This document shows, one piece after another, positions 12,860-25,200 of a DNA stretch of 64,000 nt. Numbering within the stretch: position 1 is the first letter of the stretch; each line of letters opens with the position of its first letter. Below the pieces are notes generated by a model. It worked only from the letters and a program-made list of their open reading frames with translations. It was not told where the DNA came from and searched no databases. A program made the position numbers and the translations under genes. Source of the DNA: Nemertoderma westbladi (Eukaryota > Animalia > Xenacoelomorpha); NCBI GenBank assembly GCA_032718475.1, contig JAUCBJ010007822.1, positions 180,382 through 244,381 on the forward strand, read 5' to 3'.

Positions 12860-14520
12860 CAACATATGGAGTGGGTGTGTGACTCTATTATTTTATATTA
12901 TTTTATTATTTTTATATTTCTGTATGTATTACTATGTAATTTTATTATAATCGTTTTCTTTAATTTTTATTTAAGTAGAATGTTATTTAGCGATTATTTA
13001 GTAGATTAGTGCAATATATTAGTGTTAATTACGTGCGTAATTACTTATAATATATGTAGAGCGACGGCAAGAAATAATTCTTTTTTTTCTTTCCTTACTG
13101 TCCGTATCATATTATAAATACGTGACTACAGTAAGATGAAATGTCCGTACTTATTAAAGTACAATAAAGCCACTACTATATTCAAGTATTATTGGTAGGC
13201 AGAGTATTAGGAATGCAAAGTTCAGATCCTCGTGTCTCGGCTAAACCAAGCTCTGGGTAGACCTTGGAAACGACTTGCCTCTTCACACTGACATTGCTTC
13301 GTGCGATATTGCTCTCATACCGTATATTAAATAATACATATAGTAGCGTGATGTCCCTTTAACAGTAGCGTATAATGCAAAATAAATCTGTTAAACCCTT
13401 TGACCATCTGTAATTCTAGTCGATTAAGATATCGCGGCACCCACCAATATACTTGAAAGACAAATTCTTGAATCAGTGGTTAACGTCCCCAGACAAGTTC
13501 TGGAATAAATCGGTGCCCATCTCAAATATTAATTATTTAATATTTGCAAATCTAATAAATCAAAATCTGTAAAATTCAGATCCTTCAACAATTCTAGTCA
13601 ATTAAGATATCGTAGCATTTACCGATATTCTTAAAAAGACAATTTTCATAGAATTAAGGATCTTGTGTCCCCAGACATGTTCTAGAATCAAAATATGTCA
13701 ATTTAATTATCAAATAATAAAATTTCAGGGAATAAATTTAAATTCATGCCTTTTAATGAATTTAATAAATTGCCATTTTTACGCAATTTATAACATTCCC
13801 AAAATTCCATTAATTAATAGATCAAGGGAGCGGAGATTTATCTTATTATGCGTATGAGTGTGCGCAAGTCTCCCAAACATAGTCAATAGCCGATAAAATT
13901 CATAAAGCCATGTATAAAACAGGACATTGACCATTAAAGAATTACTATTAAATAACATCCCAGATCTGTATGCATTGGAATTACCCTAATTCTACCGCTA
14001 GCTTTACATAATGTCACCATAGCAACAACCACGCTAGAATTAGAATTGAGTTAAAAGAACAATAGAAAGCTTGTCCCATTGAATAGCATAGGGAATAAAT
14101 AGCGCACTGCTAGTATCCAAGGATACATAATAATACAGTGACATTCTGGAAGGCACTGACTAACGGACAAGTGACCCGAGTGTGTGTAATTTGTGACAAG
14201 TTGTGTGTGTGGTATTTGTGAGTTTATAGGCGAATGTTACTACTAAGGTGTGTTTACAGTAGCGAGTCGCAATTGTGAAAGTAACCCTAACTCTCCAGTA
14301 AGAACCTGAGGTGTATCTAAGCCTTTGGGACGGACAGTTGAGTGACTTGTGCCGGTTGTCGTAGTCGTTGTGCGGCTACGTCGTTGGCGAAAGTACGGCG
14401 GCGACGACACATCGGCGCTGAGGATCTCGCACTGTCCGGGGGCTGATTGGGGTAGGCAGCGACGCTCGCTAGCCTAAATATAAACTCATTATAATATTAA
14501 TAAACTCATATATAGCAGAT

Positions 14521-15918
14521 ATGACGGAGTTGATAGAAGATGGTCTTGGTATCAGGGAGCGATATACTCTACTTTCAAGCGTTTGTTGATAGCTTGATAC
14601 GCGGTGATACTAGTCCAACTACTACGAAGGATGATGGTCGTTATATCGAACCTACGATTTCCTGGAAGTAACTTACGCGTGAATTGGACTATGGAAAATT
14701 CACCGCTCGCTACATGCATTGTAATGGCATGTATATGGACTTCTTAACCATTGGCCATTCTATCGATTTACACGATACGGACTATGTCGAACATATCCTA
14801 CCCAGAGGAGTCGAAACGATAAACCAAAATTCTAATGCGAAAATCCTATTCGAAATCGACTCGAAAGAAAAGACATTAAAGAAACAAATAAACGCGGTAA
14901 CTCCAACATATATTTGGAATTCTTGATAGAAGCATTGTAACAACAAATAAATATCATCCGCGTTTCCCCTACCAGACGTGCGTCTTTGGTATTATTACGA
15001 TAAATGCCCTAGACCCAGCCAATAAACGGAAAGACATAAACATCCACGGAAACGTTGTGTTAAACACAGTTGTGCTCGTTATATTTACTGGAGTTTCGAG
15101 CGAAACTTGTTTGACGTATCACCTATGCTCACTCGGCTCGAACGATCCTGGAGTAAACCTACGATCAGAGTCCCGGAATACTCGGTCAAACCTCCTCATT
15201 TCTTAGTTGGACCTCAGACCTGCGATCCTGGTGGTGTCGCGGATCCTCGCGGACTGTATTCACTGTTCAAAGATCTAGTGCTACCCTAACAATTATTCGG
15301 TAACACTCCGACAGTGATTTCTAGCTAGCCGCCCATCTTACCTAGCCGGATTGTGACGCGGACACCTAATATCACTATCCAACCGTATGGTCGTCCCCGT
15401 TTAACGCGATACAACCCTTCATCAAGGTGAAGGAGAGCGTTGTACGAAACGAGTTAAACGCTATTCTATAAAGATCAAAAAAGAAACCTGCGTTTGTTCA
15501 GATAAACGTAAGTTATAACAGTAAGTCCAATCGATAAACGAATTGGCCTTATCTCAGTTCGATTGGGAAATCTCGAAATCTAAGAAGATATCAAGCTTAG
15601 AAAACCCTATTCTCTGCGAGAGTTTTGGACGAACGTATCCCATGACAAGCGGAGGAAAATCAGCTCGAGGAGAAGCATATCGAAATGGACGAGACACCGA
15701 CCGTAAACCCAAACCTTCTAATGCAATTGTATTGCACCCTTTACCCAGGAGTTATAGCCTTTCTAGTAAAGTGGCTCGCCCCAAAGAGAAAAGGACTCTT
15801 GCTGGCCTCGGGAAACTGCGTGAACGCCGTCCGCGCAAGAAAAACTAACTGTTTAGAGTATCTTTATGTTTTAGAAACTGTGACTTTTATATTTTATAGA
15901 CTGAAAATCCCATTTTCT
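14521..15918 (+). pseudogene. A-family 3' accessory ORF of unknown function, disrupted
   Basis: Begins MTELIED; homologous to ORF pieces of A2 (30927-32256) and C (47433-48985). Confidence 0.55.
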
Positions 15919-15926
15919 GGGAGCGG
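15913..15926 (+). promoter_or_regulatory. A1 PPT-like site (ttttctgggagcgg)
   Basis: Directly precedes the 3' LTR; same in A2 and C; B has ttttcatggagcgg. Confidence 0.7.
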
Positions 15927-16537
15927 TGTAAAAGCTTTTGCTGAATTGCCCGGTTATTTTTCCTTATTTTTCCCGTAAAATACTCTGTAGTTGGTTTAAT
16001 AGGCGTAAGAGGCCGTATTATTGCTGTATCGGTGTTTTTAGAGGATCTAAGAGCTATTTCTTCCGTATGTGTACTGTGGAAGGCATAGTTGATGATTCTA
16101 TGGCAATTCCTTGACGCAAAAGGGGCTAGATACTCTTGAACAGTAGTTACTATGACGACGGTTAACAGCTGATATTCATACGTGTCGATTTTCTTTGTTC
16201 TACGGCATCTCTTAGTTCAGTCAACCTATCAGAGCGTTTTTACGGCTCTTGTACAGAAATTTCCGAGAAATCACGCAATGCTTTATGGGCAGTGTTATCA
16301 TTCTGTCCTGAGCCAGGAAGAACGGCTTTGGAATATTTTGTGCTGTTCTGCTTTTAGCCTAACACTAGTAGGCTTAATTATAAGGACATATATCCGTTAT
16401 CATAACACACTGTGCAACTCAATACTTACCTACTAACCTAACTCAACTGGGCAATGCATATATCTTGTTGTACATACTTTTATATTGTTATACTGCTATT
16501 TACTGTCGATTATTCATTATATGGTGATGAAATATTA
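15927..16537 (+). repeat. A1 3' LTR, left part (interrupted by B)
   Basis: Matches 5081-5691. Confidence 0.95.
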
Positions 16538-18439
16538 TATAGAATTATATTCCCTAAATGCCGTGGATTTTCAAAATTTTATTTTTATTCGAATTAACTT
16601 TGCTAAAAGATTACTTTGAGTCCTCATTTGTATTTGTTCTATCATTTGTACGCCTATTGGTTAAGTGGTTCAGTAGCTCAGTCGGTAGAGCGTTGGAAAT
16701 TATATGTGTAGTAGGTATTGAGTTCGAATCCTAGTAAGTGCGAATTATTTTTTGTGCAGAATTTCAACTCATTTAAATTGACCGCTACAAATTAAATTGC
16801 ATTTGTCTGTACCAATGAGACTGTGGTTATTTGATTGTAACCAATGTCGTGCGAGTTATATATTTGCTGGACCAATAACTATCTTTAAAAACCTGTTAGA
16901 ACCTATAGAACAATCGAGAATTTTCTCGATTGATTGCAGCACAAATTTGCTATATAAAGGTGCGATTTGTTCATTAGTTATTCTATCGTATATTCAATTG
17001 CTGATCTATCTTAACTTTCTGTCTTATTTCAGATTACATTGTTTGTTGTATAATAATTATTATTTGATTTTGTAATAAAAGTTAGAAATACTAGTCACAT
17101 CTGCCCTTTTCCTATCTGTTTTACTATGCTTCACCACGGTGAACCCAGCTAAGGGACAGGATGGCCGGCTAGAGATCGGGCCGCAGCAATGAACGGGAAC
17201 ATCAGGGGAATGTAGACAAGAGACAACCCGCAATACCATCTTGAGTTATTCGCCCATCGCCTGAAAGGTTAGACAGCGTTCGACGCCTTGCTACCTAAGC
17301 GTAAGACCAAAGATCAAAAGGTAGAAGTAGTGACACGCTGTAAGCCTAAAATTACATCTTAGGGACTGTACTGTTTTAATTCAGGAAAAAACCGCAGTAG
17401 ACCTTCATATTCCTACGGGGGAGGAGGGAGAGAGCAGGCAGAGATACTAGTACGCAGATAGGACGTGGGCACACCGGTACGAAGCATACACATTGGTAGG
17501 GTGCAGCAAACTGTACGCCTAACTCTTGGTAAGTGCAGGTGCGTTTGCGACTATTTGTAGTACAACGGTGTCCATTGCATCAGAACTTGTAGGCTAGGAG
17601 GGTTGCTGTGTTTCACCTGAATTAGGATTGTACCGTTCAGGCGGTAGGGCAGTTTACGACTAGGCGCAAATAAATTGAGGCTATTAGGGATATACTAACA
17701 TCTACCGTGTCCCCGCCAACGTCCTGATAGGAAGTTACCCAGCCTACCTAGGTGACTAAAATTCTAGATAAGAGCCAGGATAGCTATTAGTAACTGTACG
17801 CCTACAGTAGTAAACTAACACATCTCTTCTTAGTATTAGGGACCTGGTACCTAAAATTGCCGAATTCTGGGTGTAGCATTAACTTTATGCCTGAATTTGA
17901 GTCCTGGAAATACGCAAGAGGGGAAGGAACCTTATTATTCGTGAGTATTGGACCTACAAGTTACAAAATTAGAATATTTGTAAAATGCACACCGTACCCA
18001 GTAATTATATATGTGAAGGAGCAAAACTGCTTTGACCATTCAGAATTAACACACACGCGTTAGAAATTATTTACACCTCAAAATATATAAAATTAACTTT
18101 TGTCCGTACTGTGCTTTTCCCGCTAGTTAGACATCTCTGCCTCTGTACCTAGCTAGCGTCCCTTTCGCCCAACCATATAAATCACACCGCGGTAAAGTAT
18201 ACGAGCCCCTTAGTCCGTCAGTGAGTCAGCCTGATTTTAGGATTCGCTGCGCGGGATTTTGTTTTATCGAAGTTTGTCTGCTCGTAGACTGTTTTCTGCC
18301 TCACCGGTTATAAGAGATCGATACTGCAATATATTCGCTTACTTAGAGTTTACTGTTTTGGTGAGAAGGTCGGATTTATGATTTGATTCACAGACTTTAC
18401 AGTAGGATATTGCAGGTATTGTTACTGTCTCTTCCAATA
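16538..18439 (+). repeat. B 5' LTR (1902 bp, TAT...ATA termini)
   Basis: Direct repeat of 43459-45360; boundaries fixed by the TSD and by divergence into the internal sequence. Confidence 0.93.
16665..16753 (+). ncRNA. tRNA-like Pol III cassette in the B LTR (copy at 43586-43674)
   Basis: A box tagctcagtcggtagagc, B box gagttcgaatcc, T6 run at 16748-16753. The acceptor stem does not pair, so it is not a canonical tRNA. Confidence 0.6.
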
Positions 18440-18450
18440 GTAGGAATATG
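18440..18450 (+). promoter_or_regulatory. B PBS position (GTAGGAATATG), complementary to LTR 17406-17416
   Basis: Immediately follows the LTR; its reverse complement catattcctac is in the LTR. Confidence 0.75.
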
Positions 18451-19030
18451 TTTTACTGAACTACGGTTCGGTAGGACTAAAGTTATTTGAAAATTTTGTA
18501 TTTTGAGGTAAAAGTTTACATTTGATTAGCTAAGTGCTAATATTTTGAAATAAAATTTGATTTAAACCGCGTGTAAAATATTTTGGATTTGAATACCGGT
18601 GTTTAAAAGGGTTTAAATACCATATTGTACCGGTACAAAATTTTCGTAAAAGTAAAACCTAACTCTTTTGTTTTTCAGGATTCAGAACTCATTTCTAGAC
18701 TGTAACGGGAGCAAGACCGTGTTTAGCAAGTTTGGGAGATAGATAACTCAACAACTTTGGTTGGGAAAATCGCGCTTCGTCCGCAACGCTGAAAACGGAA
18801 AGGTTCACGTCCGGTTTGTATCTGGGAATCTGTTTTTCTGGAGAATTATTGGAGTGGGTGAGTTCGAAAAGTTGCATAAATAAGTTAGGCATTACCGTAT
18901 TAGTTAAAATTATTGTGGGTTCCACTGTCTCAAGTATTTATGCATTCCGTATGATTTCTTTGTTCATTGCTGAATTAGTCCGTATTATTGTATTTAATTT
19001 ACCTTTTGATAACGCATATCGTTATCCGAT

Positions 19031-19163
19031 TTATTTGTTATAAAATTGGCCGCTAGGCTAATTTTATTATATACTTATTCCGTGACATTTATTTGCTGTA
19101 AAATTGGCCGTCTAGGCTAATTTTATCCATCTGCTATAAAATCGGCCGGTAGGCTAATTTTAT
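19031..19163 (+). repeat. Three degenerate direct repeats in the B leader
   Basis: taaaat(t/c)ggccg..taggctaattttat x3. Confidence 0.7.
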
Positions 19164-19247
19164 ATGACTGTAATTAGTACCGTTTAGATATAAATACGGT
19201 AAACTCGATACTTTGACACTCACTTTACTTGACTTACAACTACCGAA

Positions 19248-22200
19248 ATGAGTGACAAACAAGACTATACGAAAAATACACCTACCGACTATGACTCGTG
19301 TGACGCGGATAAGTCAGCAGCGGAAGAACAACAGGGGAAGACTCGCGAGCCTACCGAACCTACACCGTGCGCGTCACCAGTACATCCAACGGGAGTACCG
19401 GATGCCGTAGTACGAGGTGACGGCAGGACCGAGGACTTTCTAACTGTTCCGCAACCTAGATACAGGGAAACGGACATGGTAAGTTCAGCAGGAAGCCAGG
19501 AGAGCGTGGTTAGAAGCGTCGGCGGATACATGGCGCATATTACCAGGAGTATTGGAGAAGGCCAATGCATATTAGACGAGTTGACCGCTCCGATGTCTCG
19601 GTTTGAGTTCTACACCCTCCAGGTTAGAGTACAAAGTAGAGTACATAAGTCCGTAGATAACCTTATCAGTCTACAAGATCTAGCTAGACAGAGACAGGAT
19701 ATGGATACTCAACTTAGAATCCTCGAGAAACTAATGATCGCTAGAGAGAAACTGATTCAGTTTAAGTCGACGATTAGGCAGATACAACAGGAACAAGCGG
19801 ACCAGTTGTTAGGTGAGTCAGTTTCGGACGAATTATTGCAACCCGAGGAAGAACAGGAACTGTATAGGCTGGATGGACAATTGAAACACCTGACGGATCA
19901 CTTACGCATGTGCGGCGAGGACGTCGGAGATTGGGAAACCGTGCCGGAGGCTACGAGGGAAACTTCACTCGCACAAATCGAACCGGCACCGGGAACACTA
20001 GATCAATCACTGGTGAGTATTCGCAGCGAAATTGGCGAGGTGAGTATGGCTACGTCAGAAATTGCTCGACAACAGCAGCTCTACAGACAACAACAGGAGA
20101 TGGAGGAACAAACTCAATTGCTAATGGCACAAGCAGCAGCAGAAGAAGAGAAACTACGCGTTGCGAATGTTGCGAGAATCTCTCATCTGCAAGAACAAGC
20201 TGAGTTGGAAGTAGCCGAAATGGAAAGGTTAGAGTTGGACATTGCACAACAAGCGGCAGCGGCCGAGTTAGCGCAACAAACGGCAGCGGCCGAGTTAGAG
20301 CGACAAGCGGCAGCGGCAGCGGCAGCGTCCGAGTTAGAGCGACAAAGGTTAGCTTCAGAAGCGAGAACCGAAATGAAAAAACGGCAAATAAAGGCTCAAT
20401 CAGCTATACGACAAGCGGAGTTCGAGGCGCAACAACAACAAACGGAACAACGCGAGAAAGAAGTTAAACTTCGTTTCGAACTCGAGAAGAAGGCGAGAGA
20501 ATTAGCCAACGCCAAGGAAGACCTGGATCTACAAGCCCGCGATCGATCGATGAGATCTCGAGACGGACATGATTTAGACCAGATGGAGGTAAGGCACCGC
20601 CAAATCCAGGAACGAATGAAGGAAGGTTCGATAGGAGCACCTGGACGGGAACGACAATTAGTTAAAGACTTATGTCAAAGATTCCCTCAAGTAACTCCTA
20701 TGTTTGCACCAGTTACGACTAAGGAACCTGTTTCGATTGCGGGTAGTAGTAACATTTCTCCTATCCGTGGTGCGACGGAACACAGGTTTGTTATTCCGGA
20801 CAAGTTTACACCGCCAAGAGCAACGTCGTCGCCTATTCCGAAAGTCAAGGTAAGTAACCCACCGACTACCGATCGTAGTAGTTTATTGACCGGACCTGCA
20901 CTACTAACGACAAAACAGGTGAGTCCACCTTTGACACCTAAACCGGTTACGCACTACGAATACCCAATGACGTTTCGGCCTACAAGGCCAGTTGATTCAA
21001 AAGCGGTTACTCGACCACCGGTTCAGTTTACATCGCAATCTACGACTTCGAGGAAGACTTGTGAGCCTACCGAACAACGGAGACCAGTGGATACGCGACC
21101 GTTTAACCAGTTTACATCGCAATCTACGACTTCAAGGAAGACTTGTGAGCCTACCGAACAACGGAGATCAGTGGACGATGTTCCGAAACGAAACGTTAGA
21201 ATTCGTACGACGCAACGGACGCGAGCACGTCGACCACCATATCCAGATGATAGTAGTACTTCGAGCGAATCGGATTACCCGAAACGCGAGGTATTTAGAA
21301 CAGGGGCGGCCGATGAATATAAACGCGAGCGTTCAGACAACTCCTTTGTAGACAATCCTCCACAAAATACACCAACACAGAAGGCGTTACAACCAACGGA
21401 CGCAATCAGTACACAACAATTCGCCGACATTGTCAACAAGTTGGCCCGGATTGAGGAACGTCTGGAGGAAGTTCAAACCGATAGTTCGAGGAACACTGAA
21501 TTCGAACACAATAGACACCCGAAGGAACCACAAAGACCGGTACCTTCAAAAAACACATCGTATCAGGGAAAAGTGCCAAGAAGGGACATCAACCAGATTA
21601 CCAACCAAGGACGCGAAACTCTGAACGTTGCCGAGGAAATAGCGAAATTCGCAGCTAGACAAGGACTACCGGTGCAACAACCACCTAAGTTTTCAGGTAG
21701 CTCAAAACACTGGCACACTTTCGTAGACTATATCGAATCTCAGATCGCCGTGTGCGCCTTTACATCACGGGAGAAGTTTAATTACCTGCTTCAAACGTTG
21801 TCAGGAGAACCTACACGTTTGGCAGAGACCTTCGTCGGTGTACCGGACGCCTCTGAACTAGCGTACGATCGTTTGACTTCGATCTACGGAGGTACAGTCA
21901 GTATGGCCAGGTCAGTGATAGAGGAACTCTGTAAGGGAGGGGCTATTACTAAACCCGTCGACTTGTTAAAACTAGCTGACGAATTAAAGAACGCTATTAC
22001 TACTTTGAGATCCATTGGACAACTTGACTACGGGAATACCCCTACAGTCCTATTAAAGATCATAGGACGACTCCACCATCGACTTCGTCGGGAGTGGAGA
22101 AAGATCGAATACCAGCGGGAAGAGCGGGGTGGATTCTTAAAACTGGAAGATGTGTACCTTTTGATATCCAGGGAAGCAGTAGTAGAAACTCGATCCAACT

Positions 22201-25200
22201 ACACTGACCAGCACATCGTAGCAGAAGGGATCACCTTGCCATCCTCCAACCGACAAAAACCCCAGACAACATCCACCAAGACGGCCACTTACGCCACATC
22301 GACGGAAACCCGACAATTCTCGGACGGTAGTAGGGTATCTGCGCCCATTGGGATAAAACAGACTCGACAGCAACTCAGTACAGACTTCAGCGGCTGCCAA
22401 TACTGCGAGCATTTAGGCAAGCGGTATATCGGTCACAAGTTGAGAGGTTGTCGACAGTTTCGCGAGTTAAACTCGGAAGAACGACGGCTGCAGATACGGC
22501 CATTGGACTCTTGTTGGCGGTGTACGCGACACGGACACGTGCGCAAAGATTGCCCAAATACCGACACTTGTCCATCCTGTGGACGCAACCACGACGGTCT
22601 GCTCCACACAGACAGCCACACGCCGACAAAACGCTTCGCCAGGGAACACCCGGAAGCAGCAGCGAAATGTAACACCGCGTACAAAAATCGAGAATCGAAA
22701 ACGACTCCAACCTTCGTGACCCATATTAAGGATTGCTTCTCAGAACAATCCGGATCGTCGGACGAAGAGTCAGAAGACGACGACGTATATTCGGATGGAG
22801 ATGAACAGCCATCGATCGCGCTTCTGACTACTGACCAACTAAAGGGATTCAGTGTAATTCCGATTAAGATTACTGGCACAAAGGGGAGTAAGAGAATCTA
22901 CGCTATTCTAGATTCAGCCTCATCTCACAGCTACGTGGATGAAAAGATAGCTGATGTAGTGACGGATCTCAGACAAGGTAAGCGCGTCAGTTATACCGTA
23001 AGTAGTATGCACGGACAACATGCAATACCAGTGACACGAGTTAAGTTGAACTTAGACACTCTTCTTCCGAAATCGCAACACAGCGAAAAGGAGAGGTCTT
23101 TGTTACCCTTTAAGGATTTGACTTTTGCGGCCACCAAGGACTTTAGTAACCTACTAGGTCCTGTCCCAGAACAATCCTTGGAGGACCGTAAGTATTTCAG
23201 ACACCTTGGTGTACCTGAATGTCCTGTCAATTACAGATCAGTAGCAATGCTGATCGGGACAGACCAATTCAACCTACATCAAGTGTGGGAAACCAGACCA
23301 TCGGCAGTCGTAGCGGGAAACGCATACGCATGTAGAACGCCGATAGGGTGGTATACTCGAGCGCCTGTGCGCACACTAGACATAAGTGACGAGGAAGATG
23401 TACAAAGTACATGTAGTTTATTAACTACAAATTCAATTCATTCCTTTTCACACGACGTGGACCATACTACCTTACATACAAAACATGACAGACGTGTAAC
23501 TAGTATGATAAGTCACAAGGAGCAGCTAATCCACCAGGTGAGTTTAGAACTTGGGGAGAAGACGAGTCAACCAGAGATTCCATCGACGACGGATGATAAC
23601 GCCGGAAGGCTTGCGAGTCTACCTACCCCAATAACCTCAACAATGCCCGTCGATATCGATGACGACGCGTTAAGAAACCATCAAGTGGAACAAGCTGCAC
23701 TGGACAAAGAATTAACGGAGAAGACTATCAGGTGGTTAGAACAAGATACAGCCGAACCTGGTAGCTACGAACCATGTATGTCAGAACAGGAGAAACAATC
23801 TCTGAAGATCATGGAAGATACTATCCGCCAGACGAAAGACGGACATTATGAGGTAGGGATGTTATGGCGTAGCCAAAGTCCTAAACTCATAAATAACTAC
23901 CCGTTAGCGTTAAGACGTCTGCACTCAATACGACAACGTCTATTAAAGGACGAGAAAGCCCATCTGCAGTATAACACTCAGATGGAGACGTATTTGACCA
24001 AGGGATACGCTATCCGAATGACTAACCCAGAGCGAGTGACTGACCAGACGTACTACTTGCCACATCACTTTGTGAGACACCCCGACAAACCAGACAAAGT
24101 ACGTGTAGTCAATGACTGTGCGGCTCTGTTCGAGGGAATGTCCCTCAATAGTGAGTTAATGGATGGACCAAACATGAATAATTATCTTATGGGGGTGATT
24201 ATGCGCTTCCGTCAGCGTCAAGTAGCTTTTACTTGCGACGTTGAAGCGATGTTTCACCAAGTGAGAGCGTTAGAGCGAGACAGAGACAGTTTGCGGTTCC
24301 TCTGGTACCCGGAAGGAGACTTAAGTCTACCACCGGCGACTTACCAAATGCAAGTTCGCGTTTTCGGTGCCAGGGACAGCCCAAACTGTACGATGTACGC
24401 CCTAAAGCAAGCCGCTAGGGATCAGAAACATTTATATGACCCAGAGATAATTAAGATTGTGGAACGTGACTTTTACGTCGACGACGGCTTACAGAGTTGC
24501 GACACAGTAGAACGTGCTACAACAGTAGCACATCAATTACGGGACTGCTTAGCGGGCGGAGGTTTTAACCTCACCAAAATCGCCTCAAACAGTGCCGAAT
24601 TAGTAGACTCATTCGGAACGACTGAGCGTGGAGGTGGTGACATAGACCTAGAGTTCGAACCACTACCGACGACCAAGGTGTTGGGGCTCTTTTGGGACCC
24701 AAACACGGACAACTTTCGAGTGAAAGTGAGACTAGACAGTCAAGAAAACACACTGACAAAGAGATCATGCTTGTCAAAATTGAGCCGATTGTTCGATCCA
24801 TTAGGATTCATCAGTCCAATAATACTGCAAGCCCGCATTTATATGCGCAGTATCTGGAAGGATGGACTGACATGGGACGAGCCGATCTCATCAGACCAAG
24901 TGGACTTATGGAAAACCTGGGAGGCGGAATTATCTTCGCTAGAGGATTATTCCATACCCAGAGTCTACTTTCCATTACAAACAACATTCCCTGACAACTT
25001 GGAATTACATTGTTTTTCCGACGCTAGTGACAACGGCTTTGGTGTGGCAGCGTACTTGCGCAGACAAGTAGACTCAGAAGAATTCGATGTCTCGCTCATT
25101 ACTTCTAAGGCAAAAACAATGCCTACTAAGTACATGACGACACCACGAGCTGAGCTACAAGCCGCAACCCTGTCAACCACAATCGTGAACCTTATACAGA

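Noticed and set aside
16665-16745. Functional tRNA gene or the element's RT primer
   Set aside because: Acceptor and anticodon stems do not pair, and its 3' end is not complementary to the PBS.
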